Of a stretch of 64,000 nt of DNA, positions 62,871-64,000 are shown piece after piece (the stretch's first letter is position 1; each line of letters opens with the position of its first letter). The position numbers and the translations under genes are program-made. The notes under the pieces were generated by a model. The model saw only the letters and a program-made list of their open reading frames with translations. It was not told the origin of the DNA and did no database searches. This stretch comes from Laetmonice hystrix (taxonomy: Eukaryota), in assembly GCA_965235115.1 (NCBI GenBank), contig OZ249445.1:3286001-3350000 (forward strand). The letters run 5' to 3'.

Positions 62871-63812
62871 CACGCAACAGATACTCTGTGTGGACGACCA
62901 GCAAGTTTCGATGGGCACGCCTTAACCTAGGTGTATCTCTGTTATAAGGTGTTGGCTTATCTCCCCCGTGGTTTGTGTCCTGAACGACAAGTTGAGCTCA
63001 CTTGACGACACCTGTGCGTGACGGCTGTGACACGGTAACTCCTCCTCCTCCTGCTCCCAACTTACCGATAGCTTGTGGATAACTGAGAACAGCGTGGAGG
63101 GTCGTGTCGCCACTAGTCGGCCAGCAGCCATGGTGTCCCCGGGGATTGATTATGTAGCGCCTTCAGAGGGCAGTGGCGAGCCAACAAGCCCCGCCGTCAT
63201 CAAAAGGTAATGATCCAATGGGACACCATTTGTTTTGCGCTAATTTAGCACCGAACCCTATTGTGGAGGCATGCCATTTGACCGGTGCTGCCATGGCGGG
63301 GGTGCGTACTGGGATGATGGGTGTGTGGGTGTGTGGGGTGGGGAGGAGGGTGATCAGTCGGCATCACGGCAATGAGGGCAGGGAGGGAGAAGTTTGGAAG
63401 AGCGTTTCAACGAGGGGCAATTGAAAGACACTAGTAAGGGCAGCAAGGGGTAGTTGCAGCGTTGGACATGGAAAATTTGCTAAAAGAAGTCGAGATGGAG
63501 GGGTTTTTATAATTGTTTCTTTGGAAGAAGGGGAAAACGGAAGTCCATGTAAAGGAATGTCATGAGGGAGGGGGTGAAAATGTATTGGGATGCGTGACTC
63601 CCAGAGCTAGCATGAAATCATGTCACATATTACTTAACATTTCAGGGACAATTTAAGAACTGAATGACTTGTCATACAGCCAAGGCATGTGAAGACTAAA
63701 CAAATGCTGGCAATAAAATTTCGATTTGTACTCCAACCGGATTATTTCTTTCCTGCATTTCTCGCCCTTGCCCTGTAATTTTCCACTTTAATATTAGAAG
63801 TCAAGTGTCCTA

Positions 63813-64000
63813 AAAGTTGAGTAAAGCAATTACACGGTTCTCGGGGCAGGTACTGTTATGAAAGTTGAGTAAAGCATCGCCTGCGAATGGTAGGCACAAT
63901 TACACGGTTCTCGGGGCAGGTACTGTTATCAAAGTTGAGTAAAGCATCGCCTGTTAACGGTAGGCACAATTACACGGTTCTTGGGGCAGGTACTGTTATC
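63813..64000. repeat. 70-bp tandem repeat running off the window end
   Basis: A first unit of 48 bp, then two 70-bp units: aaagttgagtaaagcatcgcctg....ggtaggcacaattacacggttct(c/t)ggggcaggtactgttat(g/c). Confidence 0.9.

Noticed and set aside
1-64000. Intact transposase, Fanzor/TnpB, Helitron Rep, Polinton or viral genes
   Set aside because: No ORF of adequate length or with the diagnostic motifs appears in the six-frame track. Very decayed copies could be missed without a profile search.

Overview
This looks like animal genomic DNA, mostly non-coding, probably large introns or intergenic sequence. The marine-invertebrate assignment is only an impression. No protein-coding gene can be named, and the supplied ORFs are almost all chance ORFs, LINE debris or repeat translations. 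The window contains about 17 heavily decayed non-LTR (LINE) fragments, recognised by residual RT, endonuclease or ORF1 motifs in the right order. It also has about ten unrelated minisatellite arrays (21-70 bp units), three or four MITEs, several micro-satellite and G-run tracts, and a 167-N assembly gap. A few isolated exon candidates are present, plus one motif-rich promoter-like island (about 21.4-21.7 kb) next to a plausible minus-strand first coding exon. There is no CRISPR array, tRNA, rRNA or intact transposase. I did not find a demonstrably new system. The best leads are: a 29-copy 37-bp array whose unit carries a nuclear-receptor IR1/DR1 element and 5' splice-site consensus on both strands; a PIF/Harbinger-type MITE family with a CCAAT core that appears to have seeded an adjacent CCAAT tandem array; and a strong minus-strand bias of the long LINE remnants. 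All motif calls and counts were made by eye.
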